Positions 28,210 through 37,509 of a DNA stretch of 50,147 nucleotides are shown in pieces. The notes below the pieces were generated by a model. The model was given only the letters and a program-made list of their open reading frames with translations, ran no database searches and was not told the origin of the DNA. The DNA is from Deltaproteobacteria bacterium. GTDB taxonomy: Bacteria > SAR324 > NAC60-12. How positions within the stretch are numbered: the first letter of the stretch is position 1; every line of letters begins with the position of its first letter. The position numbers were made by a program, and so were the translations under genes. The stretch lies in assembly GCA_038150265.1 (NCBI GenBank), contig JAYOTF010000024.1:1-50147 (forward strand). Direction: 5' to 3'.

Positions 28210-28674
28210 ATGCTGAAGAACATCAACCCCCTGCTGAGTCCAGACCTGCTCCAGGTGCTTCGAGCCATGGGCCATGGGGATGAACTGGTCATTTCCGACT
28301 GCAACTTCCCGTCAGACTCCGTGGCCGCTCACACGGTCACGGGCAAGCTCATTCGCCTGGAAGGGGTGGACATTCCTCAGGCGGCAGACGCGATCCTGTC
28401 CGTTTTTCCGCTGGACAGCTTTGTGGACGAGCCGGTGCTTCGGATGGAAGTCGTGGGCGCGCCTGACGAGTGGGTGGGCTGCCATGAGGACATGCAGCAG
28501 GCCATGAAGCAGCACGGTGACCGCGAGTGGAAGATGGGCCAGATTGAGCGCCATGCCTTCTACGAGCGGGCCCGGAATGCCTACGCGGTGGTCTGTGCGG
28601 CTGGAGAGCGTCGCCCCTATGGCTGCTTTGTGCTGGTGAAGGGCGTGCTGGACCCGGACGGCAACGTCGTCTGA
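28210..28674 (+). CDS. fucU: RbsD/FucU family sugar mutarotase/pyranase
   Basis: MLKNINPLLSPDLL..L..MGHGDELVISDCNFP, ERHAFYERA, GERRPYGCF..KGV; SD GGAGG. Confidence 0.9.
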   Translation: MLKNINPLLSPDLLQVLRAMGHGDELVISDCNFPSDSVAAHTVTGKLIRLEGVDIPQAADAILSVFPLDSFVDEPVLRMEVVGAPDEWVGCHEDMQQAMKQHGDREWKMGQIERHAFYERARNAYAVVCAAGERRPYGCFVLVKGVLDPDGNVV

Positions 28675-28707
28675 TCTCGCCTGCCTTCACGTCTAGAGGA
28701 GAACACC

Positions 28708-29631
28708 ATGAGCACGATTACCATTCTTGGGGTCTTTGTCGCCGACCTCACCTTCCGGAGCGACCGGCTTCCGAAAATTGGAGAAACCCTGATTGGCTCC
28801 ACCTTCAAGCTGGGTCCCGGTGGCAAGGGGTCGAACCAGGCTGTGGCCGCGCGGCGCGCAGGCGCAGAGGTTCGCTTCATCACCATGCTCGGCAAGGATC
28901 CGTTTGCGCAGATGGCCCTCGACCTTTATGAGGCGGAGGGGATCGAGACCACCTACGTTTATCAAACCGACGCTCAGGATACCGGCGCTGCAGACATCAT
29001 GGTCAACGACCAGACCGGAGACAACTCCATCATCGTGGTGCCCGGCTCCGCCGACCTGCTGACCATCGATGACGTCCGCAAGGCCGAGCCGGCAATTGCC
29101 AGCTCCCAGGTTTTCATGACGAACCTCGAAGTGCCCGTCCCGGTGATGCAGCACAGCCTCGAGTTGGCCTGCAAGCACGGCGTCACCACCGTCTTCAACC
29201 CAGCACCCGCCGTTCCGATTCCAGACTCCGTTTACTCGCTCTGCGACTACTTCACGCCCAACGAGTCGGAAGCCGCCATGCTGGCCGACCTTCCGGTCAC
29301 GACTCCGGAAGAGGCTCAGGCGGCGGCCAAGGTCTTCCGGCGCCGAGGCGTCAAGACCGTCGTCATCACGCTTGGAGAGATGGGCTGCTACGTGCTCAAC
29401 GACGAGATCGACGAGCACCTGCCTGCCTTTGACATGAAAGGGAAGGTGGTGGAGACCACTGGAGCGGGAGATGCCTTCAATGGAGGATTTGCCCAGGCCC
29501 TGGCTTCCGGAGCCTCGGTGCGCGAGGCCGCCCGGGTTGGCTCAGCCACTGCGGCCATTTCGGTCACCCGACCCGGCACAGCTCCGGCGATGCCCACGGT
29601 TGCAGAAATCCAGGCCTTGCTCCAAAGCTGA
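28708..29631 (+). CDS. rbsK: Ribokinase (PfkB family)
   Basis: PKIGET, GPGGKGSNQAVAA, FNPAPA, TPNESEA, TLGEMG, TTGAGDAFNGGF. Confidence 0.9.
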   Translation: MSTITILGVFVADLTFRSDRLPKIGETLIGSTFKLGPGGKGSNQAVAARRAGAEVRFITMLGKDPFAQMALDLYEAEGIETTYVYQTDAQDTGAADIMVNDQTGDNSIIVVPGSADLLTIDDVRKAEPAIASSQVFMTNLEVPVPVMQHSLELACKHGVTTVFNPAPAVPIPDSVYSLCDYFTPNESEAAMLADLPVTTPEEAQAAAKVFRRRGVKTVVITLGEMGCYVLNDEIDEHLPAFDMKGKVVETTGAGDAFNGGFAQALASGASVREAARVGSATAAISVTRPGTAPAMPTVAEIQALLQS

Positions 29632-29654
29632 ACTCTGTCCCGCGAGAAAAGACT

Positions 29655-30524
29655 GTGAAGGATCGTTCCAAGTACCTCTTCATCTGGCCGGCGGTGCTGG
29701 TGGTGTTGCTGGTCACCCTGTTTCCCCTGGTGTACACGCTCAACCTCAGCTTCCAGTACGTCCGCCTCATTCCCCCGCTGCCTCCTCGGTACGTGGGAGT
29801 GGACAACTACGCCAAGCTGCTGGAGCAGGCCCGCTTCTGGGGCGTCATTGGCAACACCTCAACACTGGTGTTCATTTCGGTGGGGCTGCAGTACATCCTG
29901 GGCCTCGGCATTGCCATGGCCTTGCACAGCAAGGTCCCGGGCGAGCGCCTCTTCCGGGTGACCTTTCTGCTGCCGATGCTGCTCACGCCCATCGCCGTGG
30001 CGTTGGTCTGGAAGCAGATCTTCAACTCCCAGTTTGGTCCGCTCAATGAGCTCTTCACCGCCTTTGGGTACCCGAACCCGCCCTTTCTGACGCAGATCAA
30101 CTGGACCTATGGGTCCTTGATCACCGTCGAGATCTGGCAGTGGACGCCGTTTGTGATCCTGATGATGCTTGCCGGCCTGCAGTCGTTGCCGCAGGACATC
30201 TATGAAGCGGCCCGGCTGGAAAATGCCAGCAACTGGCAGATCTTCTGGACGATCACGTTCCCGATGCTGCTGCCGGTCTCCGTTGCGGTCATCTTCATCC
30301 GCATTGTTGAGGCCTTCAAGATCATCGACACCGTCTTCATCATGACAGGAGGCGGCCCTGGAATTGCGACCGAGACGCTGACGCTGTTTGCCTATCAGGA
30401 GGGGCTGAAAAAGTTCAACCTGGGGTACACCTCGGCAATCAGCTTCCTCTTCCTCATCTTCATCATCGTTTTCGGGACCCTCTACATGGCGTTACTGAAG
30501 CCGCAACTGGAAAAACGTCACTAA
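29655..30524 (+). CDS. Carbohydrate ABC transporter permease (MalF/UgpA-like)
   Basis: Six TM segments, WQWTPF, LAGLQSLPQDIYEAARLENA EAA loop, TGGGPG. Confidence 0.92.
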   Translation: MKDRSKYLFIWPAVLVVLLVTLFPLVYTLNLSFQYVRLIPPLPPRYVGVDNYAKLLEQARFWGVIGNTSTLVFISVGLQYILGLGIAMALHSKVPGERLFRVTFLLPMLLTPIAVALVWKQIFNSQFGPLNELFTAFGYPNPPFLTQINWTYGSLITVEIWQWTPFVILMMLAGLQSLPQDIYEAARLENASNWQIFWTITFPMLLPVSVAVIFIRIVEAFKIIDTVFIMTGGGPGIATETLTLFAYQEGLKKFNLGYTSAISFLFLIFIIVFGTLYMALLKPQLEKRH

Positions 30525-30536
30525 CGGGAGATCGAC

Positions 30537-31553
30537 ATGCAACAGAGCAAGTGGGGGAAATGGGGGGTCTTTGCCTTCTGTGCCGTCTGGTTTGTGCTCA
30601 CCCTGTTTCCGCTGTACTGGACCCTGGTGACCTCGTTCAAGCCCGTTCTCTTTGTCACCAGTGGCCCCACCTACATTCCGTGGGTGGACTTTGAGCCCAC
30701 CCTGAAGCCGTGGCTGGACGCCTTCTCGGGAGACCGGGGAGACTTTGTGGCCACGTTTCTCAACTCCGTCTGGATCTCCGTCTCGGCAAGCGTGATTGCG
30801 ATGATCTTTGGCTCCATGGCAGCGTACGCGCTGGTCCGGTTCGAGTTCCGGGTCCGGGTCCTGGCGGGGGTCATCTTTGCGCTGGTTGCCGTTGGCACCT
30901 ACGTGGGCCTGACCCAGATCAAGGTCGGCGAGGTGTATGCCATGGCGGTGGCCTTCCCCGCCGCCTTGCTGGTCAGCATCCTCGTCAATCGGCTCCCCCT
31001 TCCGGGTCCGGTGATGAAGAACAATGACGTGGTCTTCTGGTTCATCTCGAACCGGATGATGCCGCCGATTGTGAGTGCCTTTGCGCTCTACATGCTGTAC
31101 TCCAAAATTGGCCGAGAGGGCTTCAAGCTGCTCGACACGTACTGGGGCCTGACGATCTGCTACACCGCTTTTTCGCTGCCGTTGGTCGTTTGGCTGATGC
31201 GCGATTTCTTCCAATCCCTCCCCGTTGAGGTGGAAGAAGCGGCGTTGGTGGATGACGTCCCCCGGTTCCGGATCTTCCTGGAGATCGTCATTCCCATGGC
31301 GCGTCCGGGGCTGATTGCCGTCAGCCTGATCACCCTCGGATTTGTGTGGAACGAGTTCCTCTTTGCGCTCATCCTCACAACCGGCGACTGGCAGACGCTG
31401 CCCATTCTGCTGTCTGGTCAAAATTCCTATCGTGGTGATGAATGGTGGGCTATTGCGGTAGCCGTCATGATTGCCATGACACCGATGGTGGTCATCACCA
31501 TCTTCTTGGGTCGCATGATGCGGTCTGGCTTGATGCTGGGCTCCATTCGCTAA
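30537..31553 (+). CDS. Carbohydrate ABC transporter permease (MalG/UgpE-like)
   Basis: FPLYW..TSFK, AAYAL.RF, FFQSLPVEVEEAALVD, WNEFLFALILT; contains an extra hydrophobic hairpin insertion. Confidence 0.92.
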   Translation: MQQSKWGKWGVFAFCAVWFVLTLFPLYWTLVTSFKPVLFVTSGPTYIPWVDFEPTLKPWLDAFSGDRGDFVATFLNSVWISVSASVIAMIFGSMAAYALVRFEFRVRVLAGVIFALVAVGTYVGLTQIKVGEVYAMAVAFPAALLVSILVNRLPLPGPVMKNNDVVFWFISNRMMPPIVSAFALYMLYSKIGREGFKLLDTYWGLTICYTAFSLPLVVWLMRDFFQSLPVEVEEAALVDDVPRFRIFLEIVIPMARPGLIAVSLITLGFVWNEFLFALILTTGDWQTLPILLSGQNSYRGDEWWAIAVAVMIAMTPMVVITIFLGRMMRSGLMLGSIR

Positions 31554-31590
31554 CCCGGGTTTCTCTCGTCAAACCTTCTCAGGAGGAAAA

Positions 31591-33048
31591 ATGCGTAAAT
31601 TGTTTACGGGATTTGCCGTAGCAACCACGCTGGCGCTCGCGTCCACGAGTGCCTATGCCCAATGTAAGCCTCAGGCAGGCATGCCGGACTACTCTGGTGT
31701 GACCCTGACGGTCGGTTCCCAGGTGGGACCGTTCATCGCCAGTGCCATGAAAATGGGAGGTGATGACTGGTCCAAGATGACCTGTGGCAAGGTCAACATC
31801 GTCGAGTTCCCCTTCGGAGAGCTGTATCCGAAGTACGTCACCGCCTTCGCTGCTGGCGAGGATGCGTTTGACGTGATCACCTTTGCTCCGGCCTGGACCC
31901 CGGACCTGGCGCCCTTCCTGTCGGACATGCCCGCCAAGATGCGCCAGACGGAAGCCTGGATGGACATCCACCCCACCTACCGGGACCGGTTGATGATGTG
32001 GGAAGGCAAGCACAAGTCTCAGACCATCGACGGGGACCTCCATACCCTGCACTACCGCATCGACCTCTTTGAGGACCCGAAGGAGCAAGCGGCCTTCAAG
32101 CAGAAGTACGGACGTGAGCTGCTCGTGCCACGCACCTGGGAAGAGTACTACCAGGTCGCCGAGTTCTTCCACCGCCCCGATCAGGGCCTGTATGGCGTCA
32201 CGGAAGCCTTTGCTCGCGGAGGTCAGCAGTTCTGGTTCTTCTTCACGCACGCGGCAGCGTACACGAACCACCCGGACAACCCGGGCGCCATGTTCTTCGA
32301 TCCGGAGACCATGGATGCTCAGGTCAACAACCCCGGCTGGGTCCGTGCCCTTGAGAACTACAAGCGCTCCCTCGCCCTGGCACCTCCGGGCGCTCTGAAC
32401 TTCAGCTCGGGCGACACCCGCCAGCAGTTCGCTGGTGGCAAGACCTCGATGAACTTCGACTGGGGAGACACGGGCACCGTGGGCACCGATCCGGAGCAGA
32501 GCCAAATCGCAGGCAGCGTTGGCTCCGACCTGACCCCGGGCTCTTATGAGATCTGGAACCACAAGACCAAGAAGTGGGACCGCTTCACCCGTGTGGTCTA
32601 CTCGCCGTTCATGGCGTTCAATGGCTGGCAGGCCGCTGTGCCCAGCACCAGCAAGAACACCGATGCTGCGTGGCACTACATTGAGACCACCACCAACATC
32701 AAGAACAGCGGCATCCAGGTCATCACCGGCGGTTCCGGGGTGAACCCCTACCGCTACTCCCACTTCGACAGCGCCGTCTGGGAGAAGAAGATGACCCCAC
32801 GGGAAGCCCAGGAGTACCTGGTCGCTCAGCGTGACTCCCTCGGAGCCGACAACGTCGCGCTCGACATGCGCCTGCCCTTCTACTTCGACTACACCGAAGT
32901 GCTGGAGATTGAACTCACCAAGGCCCTCGCTGGCCAGGTTTCCGCTCAGGAAGCCCTGGATGCCGTCGCAGAGCAGTGGAATGAGCTGACCGACCAGTTC
33001 GGACGTGAGAAGCAGCTGGCCGCTTACCGTGCCTCCATGGGCCTGTAA
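31591..33048 (+). CDS. Carbohydrate ABC transporter substrate-binding protein
   Basis: Sec signal (..STSAYA-Q), YRIDLF, PRTWEEY, C-terminal SAQEALD..A..W; strong SD AGGAGG. Confidence 0.92.
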   Translation: MRKLFTGFAVATTLALASTSAYAQCKPQAGMPDYSGVTLTVGSQVGPFIASAMKMGGDDWSKMTCGKVNIVEFPFGELYPKYVTAFAAGEDAFDVITFAPAWTPDLAPFLSDMPAKMRQTEAWMDIHPTYRDRLMMWEGKHKSQTIDGDLHTLHYRIDLFEDPKEQAAFKQKYGRELLVPRTWEEYYQVAEFFHRPDQGLYGVTEAFARGGQQFWFFFTHAAAYTNHPDNPGAMFFDPETMDAQVNNPGWVRALENYKRSLALAPPGALNFSSGDTRQQFAGGKTSMNFDWGDTGTVGTDPEQSQIAGSVGSDLTPGSYEIWNHKTKKWDRFTRVVYSPFMAFNGWQAAVPSTSKNTDAAWHYIETTTNIKNSGIQVITGGSGVNPYRYSHFDSAVWEKKMTPREAQEYLVAQRDSLGADNVALDMRLPFYFDYTEVLEIELTKALAGQVSAQEALDAVAEQWNELTDQFGREKQLAAYRASMGL

Positions 33049-33083
33049 GCCATCGGCTCTGATCTGAAGATCTGAGTTTCGTC

Positions 33084-33108
33084 AAGGGGGTGGGTGCGCC
33101 CACCCCTT
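33084..33108 (+). terminator. GC-rich hairpin downstream of the SBP gene (terminator or mRNA-stabilising stem)
   Basis: GGGGTGGG-TGCG-CCCACCCC followed by TTCTT. Confidence 0.6.
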
Positions 33109-33203
33109 CTTCAGCAGGTTCTGTGGCAAGTCCTGCCCTGAGGGCCACCACGGGTGTTCGTCATGGCATCACTTTCCTTGTAACGCATCATTGAGAAGTC
33201 ACA

Positions 33204-34292
33204 ATGGCAGGAGTCCGGCTCACCAACATCATCAAGAAGTATGACGCCACCACCGTCATCCCTCAGCTGAACCTGGAGATTGAGGACAAGGAGTTTGTCG
33301 TCCTCGTGGGCCCCTCCGGATGCGGCAAGACCACCACGCTCCGGATGATCGCGGGGCTGGAAGAAGCCACAGCAGGGTCCATCTTCGTGGGGGACCGAGA
33401 GGTCACGAACCTGCGACCGGGCCTCCGCAACTGCTCCATGGTGTTCCAGAACTACGCCCTCTACCCGCACATGTCTGTCCGGGAAAACATCGCCTACGGC
33501 CTCAAGGTCCGGAAGACCCCTCCGGGCGAAATCACCGAGCTCGTTCAGAACGCCGCCCGAGTCCTGGGCCTCACGGAATTCCTGGACCGCCGCCCCAAGC
33601 ACCTCTCCGGAGGACAGCGCCAGCGGGTGGCCATCGGCCGAGCGATTGTCCGGAACCCCGATGTGTTCCTCTTCGATGAGCCCCTCTCGAACCTGGACGC
33701 CAAGCTCCGGGTTGAGATGCGAGCAGAGATCAAAAACCTCCATCACCGCCTCAACGTCACCATGGTGTACGTGACCCATGACCAGGTGGAGGCCATGACC
33801 CTTGCCGACCGTGTTGTCGTCATGAAGGACGGCATCATTGAGCAAATGGCCGATCCGATCACGCTCTATGAGCAACCCGCCAATACCTTTGTCGCGGGCT
33901 TCATTGGCGCCCCCAGCATGAATTTCCTGCCCGCCCAATTGGAGCAGGGAGGAGACGGGCTGGTGGTCGTGCTGGAAGACGGCAGCCGCCTGCCGGTTCC
34001 CGCCTCGCGCCAGGAACGCTACGCCCGCCACGCAGGCCAATCCGTTATCTTTGGCATCCGCCCAGAACACGTCTCCGAACTGACGGGAGAGTCTCAGTCG
34101 GTGACTTCCGTCCTGACCGATGTTGTGGAGCCCCTGGGGTCCCACGCGTTGCTGATGGGACGCATCGGAGCCACGAAGTTCACGGCGCAGGTAGATGCCC
34201 ACCTCAAGCTCAAGCCCAAGGACCGGTGTCCGATTCACCTCAATATGAACTCCATGCACCTCTTTGAAAAAGACTCCGGGAAGGTCATCTAG
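33204..34292 (+). CDS. Carbohydrate ABC transporter ATP-binding protein (MalK/UgpC-like)
   Basis: GPSGCGKTT, VFQNYALYPHM, LSGGQRQR, LFDEPLSNLDAKLR, YVTHDQVEAM, GIRPEH. Confidence 0.95.
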   Translation: MAGVRLTNIIKKYDATTVIPQLNLEIEDKEFVVLVGPSGCGKTTTLRMIAGLEEATAGSIFVGDREVTNLRPGLRNCSMVFQNYALYPHMSVRENIAYGLKVRKTPPGEITELVQNAARVLGLTEFLDRRPKHLSGGQRQRVAIGRAIVRNPDVFLFDEPLSNLDAKLRVEMRAEIKNLHHRLNVTMVYVTHDQVEAMTLADRVVVMKDGIIEQMADPITLYEQPANTFVAGFIGAPSMNFLPAQLEQGGDGLVVVLEDGSRLPVPASRQERYARHAGQSVIFGIRPEHVSELTGESQSVTSVLTDVVEPLGSHALLMGRIGATKFTAQVDAHLKLKPKDRCPIHLNMNSMHLFEKDSGKVI

Positions 34293-34301
34293 GGGCCACG
34301 C

Positions 34302-35231
34302 ATGAACGCCGCTTCAGCAGCACCCCAGCGGTTTGGCTTCATCGGAGTCACCACCAGGGGGTCGCTCATCAATCAGGTTTTCCCGCTCTGGAACGACTGC
34401 CTGGGCCTGAATGCCCGGCTGGAAGGCATTGATGTGCCCGTCGGAGCCGACCGGGAGACCCTCCGGAACGCCGTGCAGCGCCTCCAGCAAGAACCCGGCT
34501 GGGCAGGAGCCCTCGTGACCACCCACAAGGTCGCCGTCTGGGAACACGCCCGGGACCTGCTGGCCGAGGCCGACCCACACGCCACTCAGCTTGGAGAAGT
34601 CAGCTGCCTCTCCCGCAACCCGTCCGGACAGTGGGTGGGACACGCCAAGGACGTCTTCACGGCCCAGCAGGCCTTTGACCAACTGGTCCCCCTCTCGCAC
34701 TGGAAGGAGCATCCGGAAGCCGAGCTGTGCATCCTCGGAGCCGGAGGAGCCGGCGTTGCGCTCGGGTGGGGCGTCCGACAGCGGGAACACGCCCCCGCTC
34801 GCCTGACCTTCACGGAGCGGGCTCCGGAGCGCCTGGACCAGGTGGCTCACCACCTGCAGGCTCCAGCCAATCAGCTCCACCTCGTCCACGCGACCGACGC
34901 CTCGGTTGCCGACACGCTGGTCTCCACCCTCCCGGAACACAGCGTGATCGTGAACGCCACCGGACTCGGCAAGGACCGTCCGGGCTCCCCACTCAGCGCC
35001 GGCGCCCGCTTTCCCCGCCACAGCCTTGCCTGGGAACTCAACTACCGCGGAGACCTCCTCTTTCTGCAGCAGGCCCGGGCGCAGCAGGGTCCTCAGTCCC
35101 TTCAGGTCTCCGACGGCTGGAACTACTTCCTGCTGGGGTGGGCCTATGTCACGGCAGAGGTCTTTCACTTCGAACTGACGCCAGAGCGCCTGCAGACCCT
35201 GCTGGAGGTCGCCGCGCCGCTGCGTCCCTGA
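34302..35231 (+). CDS. Shikimate-dehydrogenase-like NAD(P) oxidoreductase
   Basis: FIGVTT.GS, GALVTTHK, LGAGGAG, VNATGLG, WELNYRG; SDH fold but non-AroE motifs. Confidence 0.75.
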   Translation: MNAASAAPQRFGFIGVTTRGSLINQVFPLWNDCLGLNARLEGIDVPVGADRETLRNAVQRLQQEPGWAGALVTTHKVAVWEHARDLLAEADPHATQLGEVSCLSRNPSGQWVGHAKDVFTAQQAFDQLVPLSHWKEHPEAELCILGAGGAGVALGWGVRQREHAPARLTFTERAPERLDQVAHHLQAPANQLHLVHATDASVADTLVSTLPEHSVIVNATGLGKDRPGSPLSAGARFPRHSLAWELNYRGDLLFLQQARAQQGPQSLQVSDGWNYFLLGWAYVTAEVFHFELTPERLQTLLEVAAPLRP

Positions 35232-35243
35232 CTCCTGGACCGC

Positions 35244-36152
35244 ATGATTCCGCTCCTTGACACCCATCAGCACCTTTGGGACCTCACCCGCCTCCGCCTC
35301 GACTGGCCTCAGGGGGCTCCGGCCCTGAACCGCTCCTTTCGGATGTCCGACTACCTCGAGGCTGCGGCAGGCTGCGGCATCGCCGGCACCCTGTACATGG
35401 AGGTGGACACCCACCCGGATTCACGTGATCAGGAAGTCGCCGACATGACCGCCCACTGCGCCGATCCGGACACACCGATGCTGGGGCTGGTTGCTGCGGC
35501 AGACCCGGATGCCCCCGGGTTCTCCGATTGGCTGGAGCAGGCGCCGACCAACTCCTTCCTCAAGGGCATCCGACGGGTGCTGCATGGCCCCGGCACCCCG
35601 CCAGGCCACTGCCTGACGCCTGAGTTCGTGTCCGGAGTCCAGGCGCTTGGTCAGCAGGGGCTCCTCTTCGACCTCTGCATCCGGCCGGCTGAATTGGCTG
35701 ATGCTGCCGAGCTCGCTCGGCGCTGTCCGGAGACCACCTTCATCCTCGACCACTGCGGAAATGCCGACCCCTACGTGGTGGCCGGACTGCGCGGTGGCGA
35801 AGAGGGGCCGGATCCGGTTTACTTCCACACCGAAAAAAGCTGGCGAGCCGGACTGGAACAGGTCGCTGCCCAGCCCAACACCGTCTGCAAGATCTCTGGC
35901 ATCATCGCCCGGGCCGAAGCAGGCTGGAGCGCAGAAACCCTGGCTCCGACACTGGAAGCCTGCCTCCAGACCTTCGGAGAAGACCGCGTCACATTTGGCG
36001 GCGACTGGCCCGTCTGCACCCTCGGCGCCCCTCTTCAGGACTGGGTCACCACGCTCCGGACGCACCTCGACCGCTACCCGGAAGCCTTCCGGCAGAAGCT
36101 GTTTCATCAAAACGCGGAACGCCTCTACGGCGTCTCCCTTTCCACCGTTTGA
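35244..36152 (+). CDS. Amidohydrolase-family sugar lactonase (L-fuconolactonase-like)
   Basis: DTHQHLWD, KGIRRVL, FILDHCG, CKISG, FGGDWPV, NAERLY. Confidence 0.88.
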   Translation: MIPLLDTHQHLWDLTRLRLDWPQGAPALNRSFRMSDYLEAAAGCGIAGTLYMEVDTHPDSRDQEVADMTAHCADPDTPMLGLVAAADPDAPGFSDWLEQAPTNSFLKGIRRVLHGPGTPPGHCLTPEFVSGVQALGQQGLLFDLCIRPAELADAAELARRCPETTFILDHCGNADPYVVAGLRGGEEGPDPVYFHTEKSWRAGLEQVAAQPNTVCKISGIIARAEAGWSAETLAPTLEACLQTFGEDRVTFGGDWPVCTLGAPLQDWVTTLRTHLDRYPEAFRQKLFHQNAERLYGVSLSTV

Positions 36153-36159
36153 GGAGTTC

Positions 36160-36903
36160 ATGAACCGTCTTCAAGGACGCACCGCCCTGATCACCGCAGC
36201 AGGACAAGGCATTGGCCGGACCTCGGCCCTGCGCTTTGCTGCAGAAGGTGCCACGGTCTGGGCCACCGATCTCAACCCCGACCTGCTCGCGGCTCTGAAG
36301 GCGGAGCATCCGGACCTGATCACCCGGCCCCTTGATGTCACCAACCCGGAGGCCATTCAGGCCCTGGCCACTGAAGCCGGCCCGCTGGACATCCTCTTCA
36401 ACTGCGCGGGCTTCGTGCATCACGGCAGCATCCTCGAGTGCGAGGAAGCCGACTGGGATTTTTCCTTTGATCTCAACGTTCGGTCGATGTACCGTCTCAT
36501 CCGGGCGGTGCTGCCGGGCATGCTCCAGCGACCTGCTGGCAGCATCGTCAACATGGCGTCGGTCGCCTCCAGCGTGAAGGGGTTGCCCAACCGCTTCGTC
36601 TATGGCGCCAGCAAAGCCGCTGTCATTGGCCTCACCAAGGCGGTTGCTGCAGACTTCGTGGGCCAGGGCATTCGCTGCAACGCCATCTGTCCCGGAACCG
36701 TTCAGTCGCCCTCGCTTGATGAACGCATCGCGTCCCAGGGGGGAGACCCTGAGGCGGTCCGAGCCGCCTTCATTGCCCGGCAGCCGATGGGGCGCATTGG
36801 CACCACCGACGAGATTGCGGCCCTGGCTGCGTACCTGGCCTCTGATGAATCCTCCTACACCACCGGCGCCGTCTTCAGCATTGACGGTGGCATGACCATT
36901 TGA
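36160..36903 (+). CDS. SDR, BDH2 / 2-keto-3-deoxy-L-fuconate dehydrogenase-like
   Basis: ITAAGQGIG, LFNCAGFVHHG, NMASVASS, YGASKAAVIGLTK, CPGTVQSPSL, RQPMGR; SD GAGGAG before ATG 36160. Confidence 0.9.
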   Translation: MNRLQGRTALITAAGQGIGRTSALRFAAEGATVWATDLNPDLLAALKAEHPDLITRPLDVTNPEAIQALATEAGPLDILFNCAGFVHHGSILECEEADWDFSFDLNVRSMYRLIRAVLPGMLQRPAGSIVNMASVASSVKGLPNRFVYGASKAAVIGLTKAVAADFVGQGIRCNAICPGTVQSPSLDERIASQGGDPEAVRAAFIARQPMGRIGTTDEIAALAAYLASDESSYTTGAVFSIDGGMTI

Positions 36904-36906
36904 GCC

Positions 36907-37506
36907 ATGACTCCCGACCGCCTTTCCCCGGTTGCTGCGGCCATTGAGCGGCCCTCCGGACGCATCCCCGAGGCAACCCGGCACTACCAGAAGCACTTTC
37001 AGGACCTGCAGGGCCTCTACCAGGACGAAGCCGCTTTTGCCGCCATGCTTCCGGAGTGGCAGGATCAGGTCGTCTATGAAGTCTGGGAGCACAAAGCGTC
37101 CACGGCCACAGGAGACCTGATCTTCGGAACCAGCGTGATGCGTCCCGGACGCGTTGGTGAGGAGTTCTTCATGACGTCTGGACACCAGCATCAGCTGGCT
37201 GACCGCGCCGAAACCTACTACTGCCTCGCCGGAACCGGTGTGATGCTGATGGAGCATCCGGACGGCACGCTGGAGACGCGCGAGTGGGTTCCCGGCACCC
37301 TGGTCTATGTGCCCCCCTACTGGATCCACCGGAGCGTCAACACCGGCTCCTCTGACCTCGTGACCCTCTTCACCTACAGTTCCGACGCCGGCCAGAACTA
37401 CGACCTGCTCCGCCAAAACGGTGGCCTGCAGCAGTGTGTCGTCCGCGACGATGCCCCTCCGGGATGGCGGCTTCGGCCCAACCCCCGTTACCAAGCCTCC
37501 TTCTGA
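36907..37506 (+). CDS. Cupin-type (archaeal-like) glucose-6-phosphate isomerase family protein
   Basis: PGRVGEEFFMTSGHQH, E.YY, YVPPYWIHRSVNTG, DAGQNY. Confidence 0.85.
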   Translation: MTPDRLSPVAAAIERPSGRIPEATRHYQKHFQDLQGLYQDEAAFAAMLPEWQDQVVYEVWEHKASTATGDLIFGTSVMRPGRVGEEFFMTSGHQHQLADRAETYYCLAGTGVMLMEHPDGTLETREWVPGTLVYVPPYWIHRSVNTGSSDLVTLFTYSSDAGQNYDLLRQNGGLQQCVVRDDAPPGWRLRPNPRYQASF

Positions 37507-37509
37507 GTC

